From Candidatus Moraniibacteriota bacterium (GTDB lineage Bacteria; Patescibacteriota; Minisyncoccia; Moranbacterales; UBA2206): a stretch of 47,816 bases of DNA. Positions 37,179 to 46,098 of this stretch are shown here, piece by piece; positions within the stretch are counted from its first letter, which is position 1; each line of letters opens with the position of its first letter. The notes beneath the pieces were generated by a model. That model did no database searches. It was given only the letters and a program-made list of their open reading frames with translations, and had not been told where the DNA came from. The DNA lies in NCBI GenBank assembly GCA_027351145.1, contig DAIEIZ010000076.1:1-47816 (forward strand), given 5' to 3'. The position numbers and the translations under genes are program-made.

Positions 37179-37322
37179 AAATGAACTCATGCCAATTCAC
37201 TATCTTTTATTTCAATTTAGCACTTAAATTCTTCCAAAACGTAACTAGTCTAATAAAAATATTCTCCACCTATATTGCAAATGCAATGACATAAAAGTGG
37301 CAGGAGATAAAAAAATAAAAAC

Positions 37323-38507
37323 ATGTTTGGTCTCAAAAAAAAACCCGCTTCAGTTCAAGAAGGAAATAAGGATACAAATACAATTAATATTGCGGGTATT
37401 CCAATCCACACAATGCAAGATGATTTGGAAAAAATCAAAAACCCCAACGCCATAATCACTCCTGCAAAAAAACAAACGACACCATCATCAAAACAGAATA
37501 CTAGTCCATTTTTCACCCCTGCAATCGAAAACTCGCAGACGTTCAGCCAACCGGAAAGCAATTCCACTAGCGCCAAAATGATAAATACAAAAAGCAATCA
37601 ATCCTCCTCCCGAATAAATAAGAGCTTTAACGCAACTAACCGGACTGACACACCTAGTCATGAAGACGCAATATCTAACGCAAAAAACTATGCCAATGCC
37701 AAATTTGACAAACGTTTCATGATTCTATCCGCTCTTTCCATTGCATTGCTTGTCCTTTTAGCAATAGCAGGACTTCGCTTTTTCAAAAATAAGACCGCTA
37801 CGGTTGATGAAACACCCACCACTCCAATTGAACAAGAACCGACACAGCCGATTCAAACGCCCGCTGAAGATCCAGCTCCGATTCCAAAGCCCGCATTATC
37901 CTTTTCAGAAACAAATCCCAATTATCTTCGCTTAGAAGATGGCATCGCAGTTTCAGATAAAATCAAGGCAACATTGGGACAAGTTTCTCAAGAAGGATAC
38001 ACACTCCCAGTCGAATTTATCATAACAGACAGCCAAAACAAACCAATTAGCTTTAAGAATTTTTCCGATCTATTAGCTATTAAGCTTTCACAATCAACAT
38101 TTAACTCGCTTGGAGATAATTTTAGTCTATTTATATACAACGACGCGACCGGTCCAAAAATCGGTCTAACAATCGAGTCAAAAAATGACATAGACCTAGG
38201 GAAGTCTCTGACACAGGAAGAGCCACTGCTGGCTGATGAAATTAATCCACTATTTCTCAACAATACCTATAATAAAGCAAAATTGTTTAATAGCAGCGAA
38301 TATGGAGGAGTAAAAATTCGCTACCAAAACATAATTTCACCCGAAATGCTTTCTGTTGATTATTCAATCTTTAAAAATAAACTGTTAATTGGAACAACAA
38401 AATTAACCATGAGAGCAATTATCGACAAGCTCAATAACACAGCCCTAAACAAGCCAAGCGAAACACTTCCAGCTACAATGAAAGAAACAACCGGTAACCA
38501 AAAATAA
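37323..38507 (+). CDS. Hypothetical single-pass membrane protein with a disordered N-region
   Basis: Low-complexity S/T/N/Q-rich N-terminus, TM segment FMILSALSIALLVLLAIAGL, then a globular C-domain of about 200 aa. No family recognised. Confidence 0.55.
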   Translation: MFGLKKKPASVQEGNKDTNTINIAGIPIHTMQDDLEKIKNPNAIITPAKKQTTPSSKQNTSPFFTPAIENSQTFSQPESNSTSAKMINTKSNQSSSRINKSFNATNRTDTPSHEDAISNAKNYANAKFDKRFMILSALSIALLVLLAIAGLRFFKNKTATVDETPTTPIEQEPTQPIQTPAEDPAPIPKPALSFSETNPNYLRLEDGIAVSDKIKATLGQVSQEGYTLPVEFIITDSQNKPISFKNFSDLLAIKLSQSTFNSLGDNFSLFIYNDATGPKIGLTIESKNDIDLGKSLTQEEPLLADEINPLFLNNTYNKAKLFNSSEYGGVKIRYQNIISPEMLSVDYSIFKNKLLIGTTKLTMRAIIDKLNNTALNKPSETLPATMKETTGNQK

Positions 38508-38645
38508 ATAATTCGAAAAAGGCTTAAATGAAAGATAAATAAATAAATTACTTTTAAAAACAAGTCTGAGATAGCGAGATGCAAGCAATTTATTAATATT
38601 TTTTTGACACTGATATTGAGCGTCTAAGCCAAATATATTTCATCA

Positions 38646-38674
38646 TTGACCCAGTCCCGTTTTCCTGCTATAAT
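38646..38674 (+). promoter_or_regulatory. Near-consensus sigma-70 promoter with no convincing downstream CDS
   Basis: TTGACC-N17-TATAAT, preceded by TGC (TGCTATAAT). Confidence 0.6.
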
Positions 38675-38680
38675 AAATAT

Positions 38681-38845
38681 ATTGATCGTTAAAAACTTGC
38701 AAATTGGAATGGTGAAACAGTTTTCAATCGCAATTTCCCCCTATCTGCGATTGAAAATTGTTTTACTGTTCAAGTGTTTGGGCCAACGCGCCCGAGCCGC
38801 TCTGATTTCTGACATCAGAGACCCTAAAATAAAAACAAAAATTGG
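38681..38845 (+). ncRNA. Candidate small RNA (alternatively a leaderless TTG-initiated 58-aa ORF)
   Basis: Lies between the consensus promoter and the long hairpin at 38846-38896. Contains a 12-bp stem TTTTCAATCGCA/TGCGATTGAAAA (38721-38757) and CTCTGAT/ATCAGAG. No family recognised. Confidence 0.3.
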
Positions 38846-38896
38846 TATGTCCACTTAGAATAATAATTAAAAAAATTATTATTCCAAGCGGACATA
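38846..38896. terminator. 23-bp AT-rich hairpin, best formed on the minus strand
   Basis: TATGTCCACTTAGAATAATAATT / AATTATTATTCCAAGCGGACATA. Two positions are A.C on the plus-strand RNA but G.U on the minus-strand RNA. The minus strand continues CCAAUUUUUGUUUUUAUUUU. Confidence 0.55.
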
Positions 38897-38940
38897 TCAA
38901 GAAATTTTTTGTAAAAATAAAAAAACAAAAAATAAAAATA

Positions 38941-39210
38941 GCTAGCAAAGCCTAGCACTGTACCTTCCCACTCAAAGGTGAAAAATCACCAGAGAATGGT
39001 AAAACAAAATTCTTGAAAGTCAGACCAAGGATAAACTTGCGTCATACACATAAAATACAGGCGTGTTATAACCACCATGTCACTCACCCGACTAAATGGT
39101 TTCCGCACCACCTGTTAGTATATGACAAACACTGGGGCGTTCTCGTCAAATTATTTATTAATACGGGCGTTTGAACGCCCTGGTTTCCATACCACTTGAG
39201 AAATCAGGAA
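38941..39210. ncRNA. Candidate structured ncRNA, strand unresolved and family not recognised
   Basis: No ORF of 60 aa or more in any frame. Hairpins GCTAG/CTAGC, GGTGA/TCACC and GGGCGTT-TGA-AACGCCC. Duplicated 18-mer TGGTTTCCGCACCACCTG / TGGTTTCCATACCACTTG. Alternative pairing partner GGGGCGTT at 39134. Confidence 0.3.
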
Positions 39211-39280
39211 AGATATATCACAATCAAAAACATAAAGAAGCACCAAAGAAAGGGTGTTTTTTGTTTTCCTAAAAATTGCT

Positions 39281-39289
39281 TGCTATAAT
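39281..39289 (+). promoter_or_regulatory. Extended -10 box (TGCTATAAT) 6 nt upstream of the yraN ATG
   Basis: TGCTATAAT-AACCTA-ATG. Confidence 0.5.
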
Positions 39290-39295
39290 AACCTA

Positions 39296-39682
39296 ATGAC
39301 AAACACATTTAAAAAATCTCTGGGAAATTTAGGTGAAACCATTTCTGCCAATTACCTTAAGAACAAAGGCTATGAAATAATAGCTATGAATTATACCAAT
39401 CCTAGCGGACGCCGATTGGGAGAAATTGATATTATTGCTAAAGACACAAAAAAAGATGAACTGGTTTTTGTCGAAGTAAAGTCCAGGGAAATGCACAAAT
39501 TCGGTAACACCAATCCGGAAGAAAATGTCAATTATCACAAATTGCAAAAACTGAATAAAATCGCTTACTTCTATCTAAAACTTAATAATCTATTGGTCCA
39601 TGATTATCGTTTTGATGTAATTGCAGTTTGGATCAACGAAAACGACAGGAAAGCGAAAATTAAACATATTAAGAGCATCTAA
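39296..39682 (+). CDS. yraN: YraN-family (UPF0102) endonuclease-like protein
   Basis: GETISANYLKNKGYEIIAMNY, GEIDIIAKD, LVFVEVKSR. I prefer ATG 39296 over the upstream GTG at 39254. Confidence 0.85.
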   Translation: MTNTFKKSLGNLGETISANYLKNKGYEIIAMNYTNPSGRRLGEIDIIAKDTKKDELVFVEVKSREMHKFGNTNPEENVNYHKLQKLNKIAYFYLKLNNLLVHDYRFDVIAVWINENDRKAKIKHIKSI

Positions 39683-39758
39683 GTATCAAAATTCAACTTC
39701 GAAGTCTTAGAGTTGAGGTTTGATTTGCTTCATAGACATAGACAAGGCCAAATATTTT

Positions 39759-39767
39759 TGCTAAAAT
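39759..39767 (+). promoter_or_regulatory. Extended -10 box (TGCTAAAAT) upstream of the zinc-finger gene
   Basis: TGCTAAAAT ends about 37 nt upstream of ATG 39805. Confidence 0.35.
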
Positions 39768-39804
39768 AAACAAGTAAGAAAAATAACCAATTAACCCAAA
39801 CTAA

Positions 39805-40152
39805 ATGGAGAAGAATATACAAGATGAGCTCAAGACTCTTCTATTAAAAGAAAAGGTTGAATTAGAGGAAAATCTTACACGCATAGCAAGACCTATCGAC
39901 AAGGAAAGAGGTGATTACGAGACTTCTTTTGGCGAAATTGGAACCGATCGCGAAGACAATACGACTGAAGTTGAGCAATATACCGACAACTTGCCCATAG
40001 AAATAACTCTTGAAAAAAATCTGCAAGATGTCATTAGCGCATTGGAACGCATTGAAAAAGGCACCTATGGCTTTTGCGAGAATTGCCAAAAAGAAATCGA
40101 TATTGAAAGACTGCGTGCTAATCCTAGTGCGAAGACTTGCATTAAATGCTGA
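39805..40152 (+). CDS. DksA/TraR-family C4-type zinc-finger protein
   Basis: C-terminal GTYGFCENCQKEIDIERLRANPSAKTCIKC (CxxC-N17-CxxC) after a coiled-coil region. Confidence 0.85.
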   Translation: MEKNIQDELKTLLLKEKVELEENLTRIARPIDKERGDYETSFGEIGTDREDNTTEVEQYTDNLPIEITLEKNLQDVISALERIEKGTYGFCENCQKEIDIERLRANPSAKTCIKC

Positions 40153-40182
40153 TTTCTCTTTACAAATAATACGAACATACGA

Positions 40183-40605
40183 ATGAAATGCCAACGCACT
40201 TTTTTCTTAATTAGTTTATTTATATTTTTTGTTTTTATAGATCAATTGACTAAATATATCATCCGCTCCTTTGGCGGATTTTATATTTGCAACTCAGGCA
40301 TTGCCTTTGGCCTCAAAATCGCACCATTGTTTTTTTATTCTCTCTGGGCTATAATTATCGCTACTATAATAATAACATTTCTGACCAATAACTGCTCTCT
40401 TAAAAGCTACTCGTCAATTTTTATTCTCGCCGGAGCATTTTCCAACATATTCGACAGATTGCGATATGGTTGCGTGATTGATTTCATTAATCTCAAGTTT
40501 TGGCCGATTTTCAATTTAGCGGATATTTTCATCTGTTTGGGAGTTTCTCTTTTAATTGTGAGATTTAGCACCACTGATCATCTTCTTAGTAAGAAAGGGA
40601 GATAA
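40183..40605 (+). CDS. lspA: Lipoprotein signal peptidase (signal peptidase II)
   Basis: DQLTKY, NSGIAFGL, VIDFI, FNLADIFI. Four TM segments. Confidence 0.88.
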   Translation: MKCQRTFFLISLFIFFVFIDQLTKYIIRSFGGFYICNSGIAFGLKIAPLFFYSLWAIIIATIIITFLTNNCSLKSYSSIFILAGAFSNIFDRLRYGCVIDFINLKFWPIFNLADIFICLGVSLLIVRFSTTDHLLSKKGR

Positions 40606-40709
40606 AATGACCCTTTTCATTAAAAAGAAGTCTGCCTGCAAATAGGCAGAGCGATCAAAAACCGAATGAAGTAAACTCATAGATTTAATATAAACATAAC
40701 TAAAAAACC

Positions 40710-42236
40710 ATGTCTTCAAAAGTTTTCTCTGCGGCTGTTATCGGGCTCAAAAGCGCCCTAGTTGAAGTAGAGGTCGACACGCTTTCCGCCGGCATGCATC
40801 ATTTCAACATTGTTGGACTTCCAGACACCGCCATCAAAGAATCACAGGACCGCGTCAGTTCAGCTATTAAAAATAGTGGGCTCATCGCTCCGCATCGTTG
40901 CGGTAGGATTACGGTCAATCTCGCCCCTGCCGATCTCCCAAAAGTTGGTCCGCTCTATGATCTGCCAATCGCTTTGGGATTTCTCCTTGCTACAAAACAA
41001 CTCGCATTTGATCATACTGACAAGCTATTTATCGGAGAACTCTCGCTAGACGGCAGAATCAGACCCGTGAAAGGCGTTTTACTTGTCACCCTTCTTGCCA
41101 AAGAGAAAGGCATAAAAACTCTTTTTGTCCCATTGGAAAATGCCAAGGAAGCTTCAATTATTTCCGGCATCGACATTATTGCCGTTTCGACACTCAAAGA
41201 ATTACTAGGTCATCTGGAAAATATAGCCATCATTAATTTTTTTCCTAAAACTGATCTAGAAAAACTTTTCGAAGAAGATACGCATCTCTATGACATGAAA
41301 AATATCCGCGGTCAAGAACACGCTAAAAGAGCGCTAGAGATTGCTTCAGCTGGAGCACATAATATCCTTCTCAGTGGTCCTCCTGGATCCGGAAAAACAC
41401 TGCTTGCCAAAACAATGGCCTCAATTCTGCCACGCCTTACAATCCCTGAAGCACTAGAAGTAACAAAAATATTTTCCGTGGCAGGATATCTTCCAAAAGA
41501 AAATAGCCTAATCACCAAAAGACAGTTTCGCTCACCCCACCACTCAGCTAGCGCAGCATCGCTTGTTGGCGGTGGCACATTTCCCAGACCTGGAGAGATT
41601 AGTCTCGCGCATCGTGGCATATTATTCCTAGATGAATTCTCAGAATTTTCACGTGCCGTCCTGGAAAATCTGCGCCAGCCACTAGAAAATGGTCTCATTA
41701 CAATTTCCCGCGCTCAAGGCACACTGGAGTTTCCTGCCCGCTTTACGCTTGTAGCGGCTATGAATCCTTGTCCTTGTGGCAATGCCACCGACCCTGAGAA
41801 AGCCTGCTCCTGCAGTCCGGCAAATATTATTCGCTACCAGTCTAAAATTTCCGGGCCAATTCTTGATCGCATCGATCTTCATATTGAAGTGCCTCGCTTG
41901 AAATTTGAAAAACTTTCCGAAAATAGCCAACAAGAAGCTTCTGACAGTATCCGCGCGCGCGTTGAAAAAGCGCGCGAAATCCAAAAGAAGCGCTTTTTAG
42001 ATTCAAAAATAGTTTCCAACTCTGAAATGGAAAGCGAGCAAATAAAAAAATATTGCCAACTAGACGCACCTAGCGCGGAACTCATGCGAAATGCCCTTTC
42101 ACGCTTCTATCTTAGCGCCCGCGCCTATTTCCGCATAATCAAAGTTGCTCGTACTATTGCTGACCTCGAAGAAGCGCAAAATATAAAGCCAAATCATATT
42201 GCTGAGGCGATTCAATATCGATTTAAAAGTGAATGA
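40710..42236 (+). CDS. comM: YifB/ComM-family Mg-chelatase-like AAA+ ATPase
   Basis: N-terminal Lon-protease-like domain (GLPDTAIKESQDRV, FIGELSLDGRIRPV), Walker [35 protein letters not shown]. Confidence 0.92.
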   Translation: MSSKVFSAAVIGLKSALVEVEVDTLSAGMHHFNIVGLPDTAIKESQDRVSSAIKNSGLIAPHRCGRITVNLAPADLPKVGPLYDLPIALGFLLATKQLAFDHTDKLFIGELSLDGRIRPVKGVLLVTLLAKEKGIKTLFVPLENAKEASIISGIDIIAVSTLKELLGHLENIAIINFFPKTDLEKLFEEDTHLYDMKNIRGQEHAKRALEIASAGAHNILLSGPPGSGKTLLAKTMASILPRLTIPEALEVTKIFSVAGYLPKENSLITKRQFRSPHHSASAASLVGGGTFPRPGEISLAHRGILFLDEFSEFSRAVLENLRQPLENGLITISRAQGTLEFPARFTLVAAMNPCPCGNATDPEKACSCSPANIIRYQSKISGPILDRIDLHIEVPRLKFEKLSENSQQEASDSIRARVEKAREIQKKRFLDSKIVSNSEMESEQIKKYCQLDAPSAELMRNALSRFYLSARAYFRIIKVARTIADLEEAQNIKPNHIAEAIQYRFKSE

Positions 42237-42289
42237 GAGATAAAATTTAAAATTTTATCATTTAGCTTTGAGTTAAAATTTCAAATTCA

Positions 42290-43243
42290 ATGCCCCGAAA
42301 ACACATTAAAACTTCGCTGAAATTCCTATTTTTTGCGTTCATAACAGTTACTTCATGGAAGTTTTTTTTTCCTTCTCAAAAAAAAGAATTATTTTTTGAA
42401 AACCTTCCGAAAACAGTTACTCTTTCCGATAATGGACTTGAAACGAAGATAATTTCAAGTGCACAGACTGTGGGTAACTTTCTTGCTGAGCAAAAAATTT
42501 CCCTTTCTGAGCATGATGAAGTTCTGCCAGACGCTTCAAGTACCATCATGCCGGGAGAAAACATCAGAATTCGTCGAGCCGCAAAGATAAAAATTCTCGT
42601 AGACGGAAAAACTATTGAAAACTACACCCTGGTAAACAATGTAGCAATGGCCTTAAGCGAAAATAATGTTACGCTTGGACGCCTAGACAAAACCCTGCCT
42701 GACATTAATGGTCTTTTGGAAAATAACGCTCAAATAATTGTCACTCGTATCAACGTAGAAGAAAAAGTCATTCCTCAGGATATTGCCTATAAAACTATCA
42801 CTAAATTAGACAACAAACTTGGCTGGCGAGAGAAAAACACAGAAACTAAAGGAGAAACCGGCATTCTTGAGATAAAATATAAAATCACCTACAAAGATGG
42901 AAAAGAAATTTCACGCGTCGTCTTGGAAAAAAATACTACTAAAGATCCGGTGACTGAAGTAGTCACACAGGGTACTTATGTCAAAACTGGCAATGCCCAA
43001 AGAGGACAGGGAACATGGTATTCCTTCCAGGGAGGTCTCTTTGCCGCAAGCACCACCATACGAAGAGGAGGCTATGCTCGAGTGACCAATATGGCAAACG
43101 GTAAATCAGTCATAGTCCAGATCAATGACTACGGCCCCCAAGGCAAGGGCCGCGTGATTGACCTTGACAAAGTCGCCTTCCAAAAAATTGCCAATATTGG
43201 CGCTGGGGTAATTGGCGTGAAAGTGGAAGAAGTGCTAAACTAG
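42290..43243 (+). CDS. DUF348/G5-domain protein with a C-terminal RlpA-like DPBB domain (YabE/Rpf-type cell-wall protein)
   Basis: N-terminal anchor, ubiquitin-like DUF348 repeats (TVGNFLAEQKISLSEHDEV), G5-type segment (KGETGILEIKYKITYKDGKEISRVV), then GTWYSFQGG...ARVTNMANGKSVIVQINDYGP. Confidence 0.8.
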   Translation: MPRKHIKTSLKFLFFAFITVTSWKFFFPSQKKELFFENLPKTVTLSDNGLETKIISSAQTVGNFLAEQKISLSEHDEVLPDASSTIMPGENIRIRRAAKIKILVDGKTIENYTLVNNVAMALSENNVTLGRLDKTLPDINGLLENNAQIIVTRINVEEKVIPQDIAYKTITKLDNKLGWREKNTETKGETGILEIKYKITYKDGKEISRVVLEKNTTKDPVTEVVTQGTYVKTGNAQRGQGTWYSFQGGLFAASTTIRRGGYARVTNMANGKSVIVQINDYGPQGKGRVIDLDKVAFQKIANIGAGVIGVKVEEVLN

Positions 43244-43332
43244 ACTATTCGCCTCTCCAACCAACACCACGGAAAGCATGAATTGCGAATAGTATTTATT
43301 TAAATTCTCACATAACATAAACTCTATCTAAT

Positions 43333-44181
43333 ATGCGCGACCCTAAGCCAAAAAAATCCTTAGGCCAGAATTTCCTAAGAGATAAGGCTGTTTTAGAAAA
43401 AATTATCAAGTCTGCTAATTTAAGTGTGGATGATTTTGTGCTTGAAGTCGGACCAGGAGAAGGAATTTTGACGGAAAGACTGCTTAAGCACGCTAAAAAA
43501 GTGGTAGCGATTGAAATCGACAAAGATTTGGCATTAAAACTGGGTTCTCGCCTGCGCGGGAATGACAAAGCGGAGATTGTCAATGCTGATATTTTGGAAA
43601 TTAATTTGCCAAAACTGATTGAAAAAAATACAAAAATCCATCTCGCCACCAATCCACATCATCTTCAAGAAAGAGGCGATAATATGCATTCCTATAAAGT
43701 CATTGCCAACATACCCTATTACATTACCTCACCAATTATTAGATTATTTTTGGAAACTAAATATCCGCCAAAAGAAATGCTTCTGATGGTACAAAAGGAA
43801 GTGGCGAAGCGGATTTGTGCAAAAGCCGGCAAACTAAGTATTCTAGCACTTTCTGTGCAATATTATGCTAGTGCCGAACTGCTTTTCACGGTTCCAGCAA
43901 AGGCTTTCTTCCCTATTCCGGAAGTTGATAGCGCCATTATTCGCATAACAAGAAGCAAGCAGCAAGAAATAGGAAGTAAAGAGGAGGCAAAAAAGTTTTT
44001 TAGCATTGTCAAGGCTGGGTTTTCAGCCAAAAGAAAAACGCTTGTCAATAATCTTTCTAGTAGTCTGAAGCTAGATAAATATGACGTGGAAGAAAAGTTG
44101 AAACAAATTGAAATTTCACCAAACCAAAGGGCGCAAGAATTGAATTTAGAAAATTGGAAAAAATTGACAGAATTATTATAA
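43333..44181 (+). CDS. rsmA: 16S rRNA (adenine1518/1519-N6)-dimethyltransferase
   Basis: KKSLGQNFL, LEVGPGEGILT, ANIPYYITSPI. About 15 extra residues precede the NIPY motif. Confidence 0.92.
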   Translation: MRDPKPKKSLGQNFLRDKAVLEKIIKSANLSVDDFVLEVGPGEGILTERLLKHAKKVVAIEIDKDLALKLGSRLRGNDKAEIVNADILEINLPKLIEKNTKIHLATNPHHLQERGDNMHSYKVIANIPYYITSPIIRLFLETKYPPKEMLLMVQKEVAKRICAKAGKLSILALSVQYYASAELLFTVPAKAFFPIPEVDSAIIRITRSKQQEIGSKEEAKKFFSIVKAGFSAKRKTLVNNLSSSLKLDKYDVEEKLKQIEISPNQRAQELNLENWKKLTELL

Positions 44182-44246
44182 TTTCAATCATAGAGGCACC
44201 TGCCTCGCCGATAAACAGACGCTTCGAGATGCTTTTACGTCTTTGC

Positions 44247-44268
44247 TAATTTTGTTGCAACAAAATTA
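44247..44268. repeat. 22-bp perfect palindrome in the convergent rsmA/UbiA spacer
   Basis: TAATTTTGTTGCAACAAAATTA, with no adjacent U-tract on either strand. Confidence 0.7.
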
Positions 44269-44270
44269 AC

Positions 44271-45881
44271 CTAAAAAAAAATAATCCTCACAGCGAGAAG
44301 GCCATAGAAAGTAACCACAGCCAAAATCCACCAAAAAACTTGCCTTGGATGGATTTTTTTATTTATCATAATCAAAAAAGAAGCGCTGCCAAAAATGATT
44401 GCCCACCAAAATAGTCGGGACTCATTGATAAAAAAAACACTCAAAACATATGAGATAAAAATTCCTGAAGCCACGATCAAGCGCCCCTTTTCCTCACCAA
44501 AAATCACCGGAATTGTGCGCACACCATCTCTTTTATCCCCCTTAATATCCTTAAAATCTTTAATTGGCAAGGATAGCATATAGGCAATAAGCAATAAAAA
44601 TATTATGCGCCAAGAAAGTCCTGCAATACTTTGATCGGGAGAAAAAAGGATAAAGCCGGAAAAAAATACGGTGAGTAGTGTCAAAGCGCTAAGTAGAGAG
44701 GCGATTGGCGTAAATCTTTTCAGACGAAAAGGTTCGGCTGAATAAAACCAAGCCATGATTTGATAGACAATAAGTAAAATTCCAAATTTATATTGCACTA
44801 AAAGTCCGCCGATAATAGAAAGGAAAAACATAATCACTCCAAACTGCGCATATTGACTGAAAGTAAAAATACCTCTTTGCAAAGGACGCTCGGGATTCGA
44901 AAGCATATCCACATGATAATCAAAAATATCGTTAACAACAACTGAGGCCTCCCAAGCCAATAGGACACTAATTAAAAGAACCGCCACAGTAAGAAAAGAA
45001 AATAGATTTGGATTAAAATTCTCGGGATAGACTAGCAGACCCATTCCAAGACCTAAAAATAAGAGACCTCCATGGAAGATAACCTGTGGATAACGCAAAT
45101 TGCGCACAACCGCCCAAAACATTTTAGATTTTGACTTCCAGAAAAAATAACTCAAAATAGCCAAACTAATAGGAAAGTAGATTAGATTTAAATTGTGAGC
45201 CAGCGCATAAGCAGGATCAGAAAGCCCAATGCCGAAAAGCTGAGCTTTAGCAAAAAATTGAACAATCTCAAATGGATAGATAGAGAAAATCGATTTTTTT
45301 TCTAAAAAACGAGCGAGATAGTAAAAAAGAGAAGGAAAAGCCGCCATAAAAAACAACGCGGAATATGTCCCAATTGCGGTCAAAATAGTTCTGGAAAGCT
45401 TCTTAGTTTTTACTGCCATCAAAGAAGTCATCACTATAATCCCGGCTATAAATACTATTTTTGTACCAAAATAGAAAACCCCCGAGGGAAGATGTCCGAA
45501 TATCGTGACATATTGCCAAAATAGATCAATTGGCGCACTAATTAAATAGAAACTCCAAAAAACCTCGCTACCCGTCCTAATAAGATCGAAAATTGGTGGG
45601 AAAATAATCGCCAGCGATGCCAATAGCATAAGATATGCTAAATCAAAAGGTTTTTTTCTAAGCATTATGCTCATGGCAAGCCAAATAAGGGAAAAAGTAA
45701 GAAAAAAGAAAAGCAGATTATGAATATCCATAATCAAATCAAACAAGGGCGAACTTGACTTTGCAATAAATTTGTCCACGTAGAGACGCAAGCTAATAAT
45801 CCCGCAAAAATTCAAACACCAAAAAGCTGGCTCAATTTTTTTGCATAAAATATTATCAATAAATTTTGCAATTTTTTCCAT
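44271..45881 (-). CDS. UbiA-family prenyltransferase fused to an N-terminal polytopic membrane domain of about 280 aa
   Basis: C-terminal half carries NDIFDYHVD (NDxxDxxxD) and KDFKDIKGDKRDGVRTIPV (second Asp-rich motif). I prefer ATG 45881 (AAGGA about 10 nt upstream); the ORF extends to TTG 46025. Confidence 0.8.
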   Translation of the reverse strand: MEKIAKFIDNILCKKIEPAFWCLNFCGIISLRLYVDKFIAKSSSPLFDLIMDIHNLLFFFLTFSLIWLAMSIMLRKKPFDLAYLMLLASLAIIFPPIFDLIRTGSEVFWSFYLISAPIDLFWQYVTIFGHLPSGVFYFGTKIVFIAGIIVMTSLMAVKTKKLSRTILTAIGTYSALFFMAAFPSLFYYLARFLEKKSIFSIYPFEIVQFFAKAQLFGIGLSDPAYALAHNLNLIYFPISLAILSYFFWKSKSKMFWAVVRNLRYPQVIFHGGLLFLGLGMGLLVYPENFNPNLFSFLTVAVLLISVLLAWEASVVVNDIFDYHVDMLSNPERPLQRGIFTFSQYAQFGVIMFFLSIIGGLLVQYKFGILLIVYQIMAWFYSAEPFRLKRFTPIASLLSALTLLTVFFSGFILFSPDQSIAGLSWRIIFLLLIAYMLSLPIKDFKDIKGDKRDGVRTIPVIFGEEKGRLIVASGIFISYVLSVFFINESRLFWWAIIFGSASFLIMINKKIHPRQVFWWILAVVTFYGLLAVRIIFF

Positions 45882-46081
45882 AATCCCAATCCTTTTTACC
45901 AATATCTCAATTATACCCAAAGAACACAAAAAAACAAAGCCTCCGTATAAGAAAAACATCTCATTTATAATTAAAATTAAGGAATTGGAAAAATAAAAAA
46001 ATCCGCTCTTTCGAAAGAATAACAATTAAAAATCTGCTTTCCAAAAAAGCGCGGAAGCTCTTCACAGATTGACAATGTTTG

Positions 46082-46090
46082 TGGTATAAT
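46082..46090 (+). promoter_or_regulatory. Extended -10 box (TGGTATAAT) 8 nt upstream of ATG 46099
   Basis: TGGTATAAT-TTTGCTAT-ATG. Confidence 0.45.
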
Positions 46091-46098
46091 TTTGCTAT

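Noticed and set aside
38763-38948. A hydrophobic 61-aa minus-strand ORF that could be a type I toxin peptide opposite the promoter-driven plus-strand RNA.
   Set aside because: It has a TTG start and no ribosome-binding signal. Its hydrophobicity is explained by T-rich sequence, and it runs through the long hairpin/terminator. This is not enough evidence.
38941-39240. Possible RNase P RNA, tmRNA, SRP RNA or T-box in the ORF-free gap. Cues were GAAAGTCAGACC, GGTGAAAAATCACC and GGTGGTGCGGAAACC.
   Set aside because: The order and pairing partners of the RNase P conserved regions (a P4 3' strand such as ACAGAA..GGCUUA) are absent. There is no tRNA-like 3' domain or tag ORF for tmRNA. There is no GGAA/AGCA helix-8 signature for SRP. 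The T-box 14-mer is incomplete and no aaRS gene follows. I kept it only as an unclassified ncRNA candidate.
43534-43575. The peptide SRLRGNDK in RsmA (antisense reading FPRRREPS), which resembles translations of GC-rich REP-like hairpins seen in other genomes.
   Set aside because: Only a 3-bp stem can form here, and there is no second copy in the window. It is probably ordinary coding sequence.
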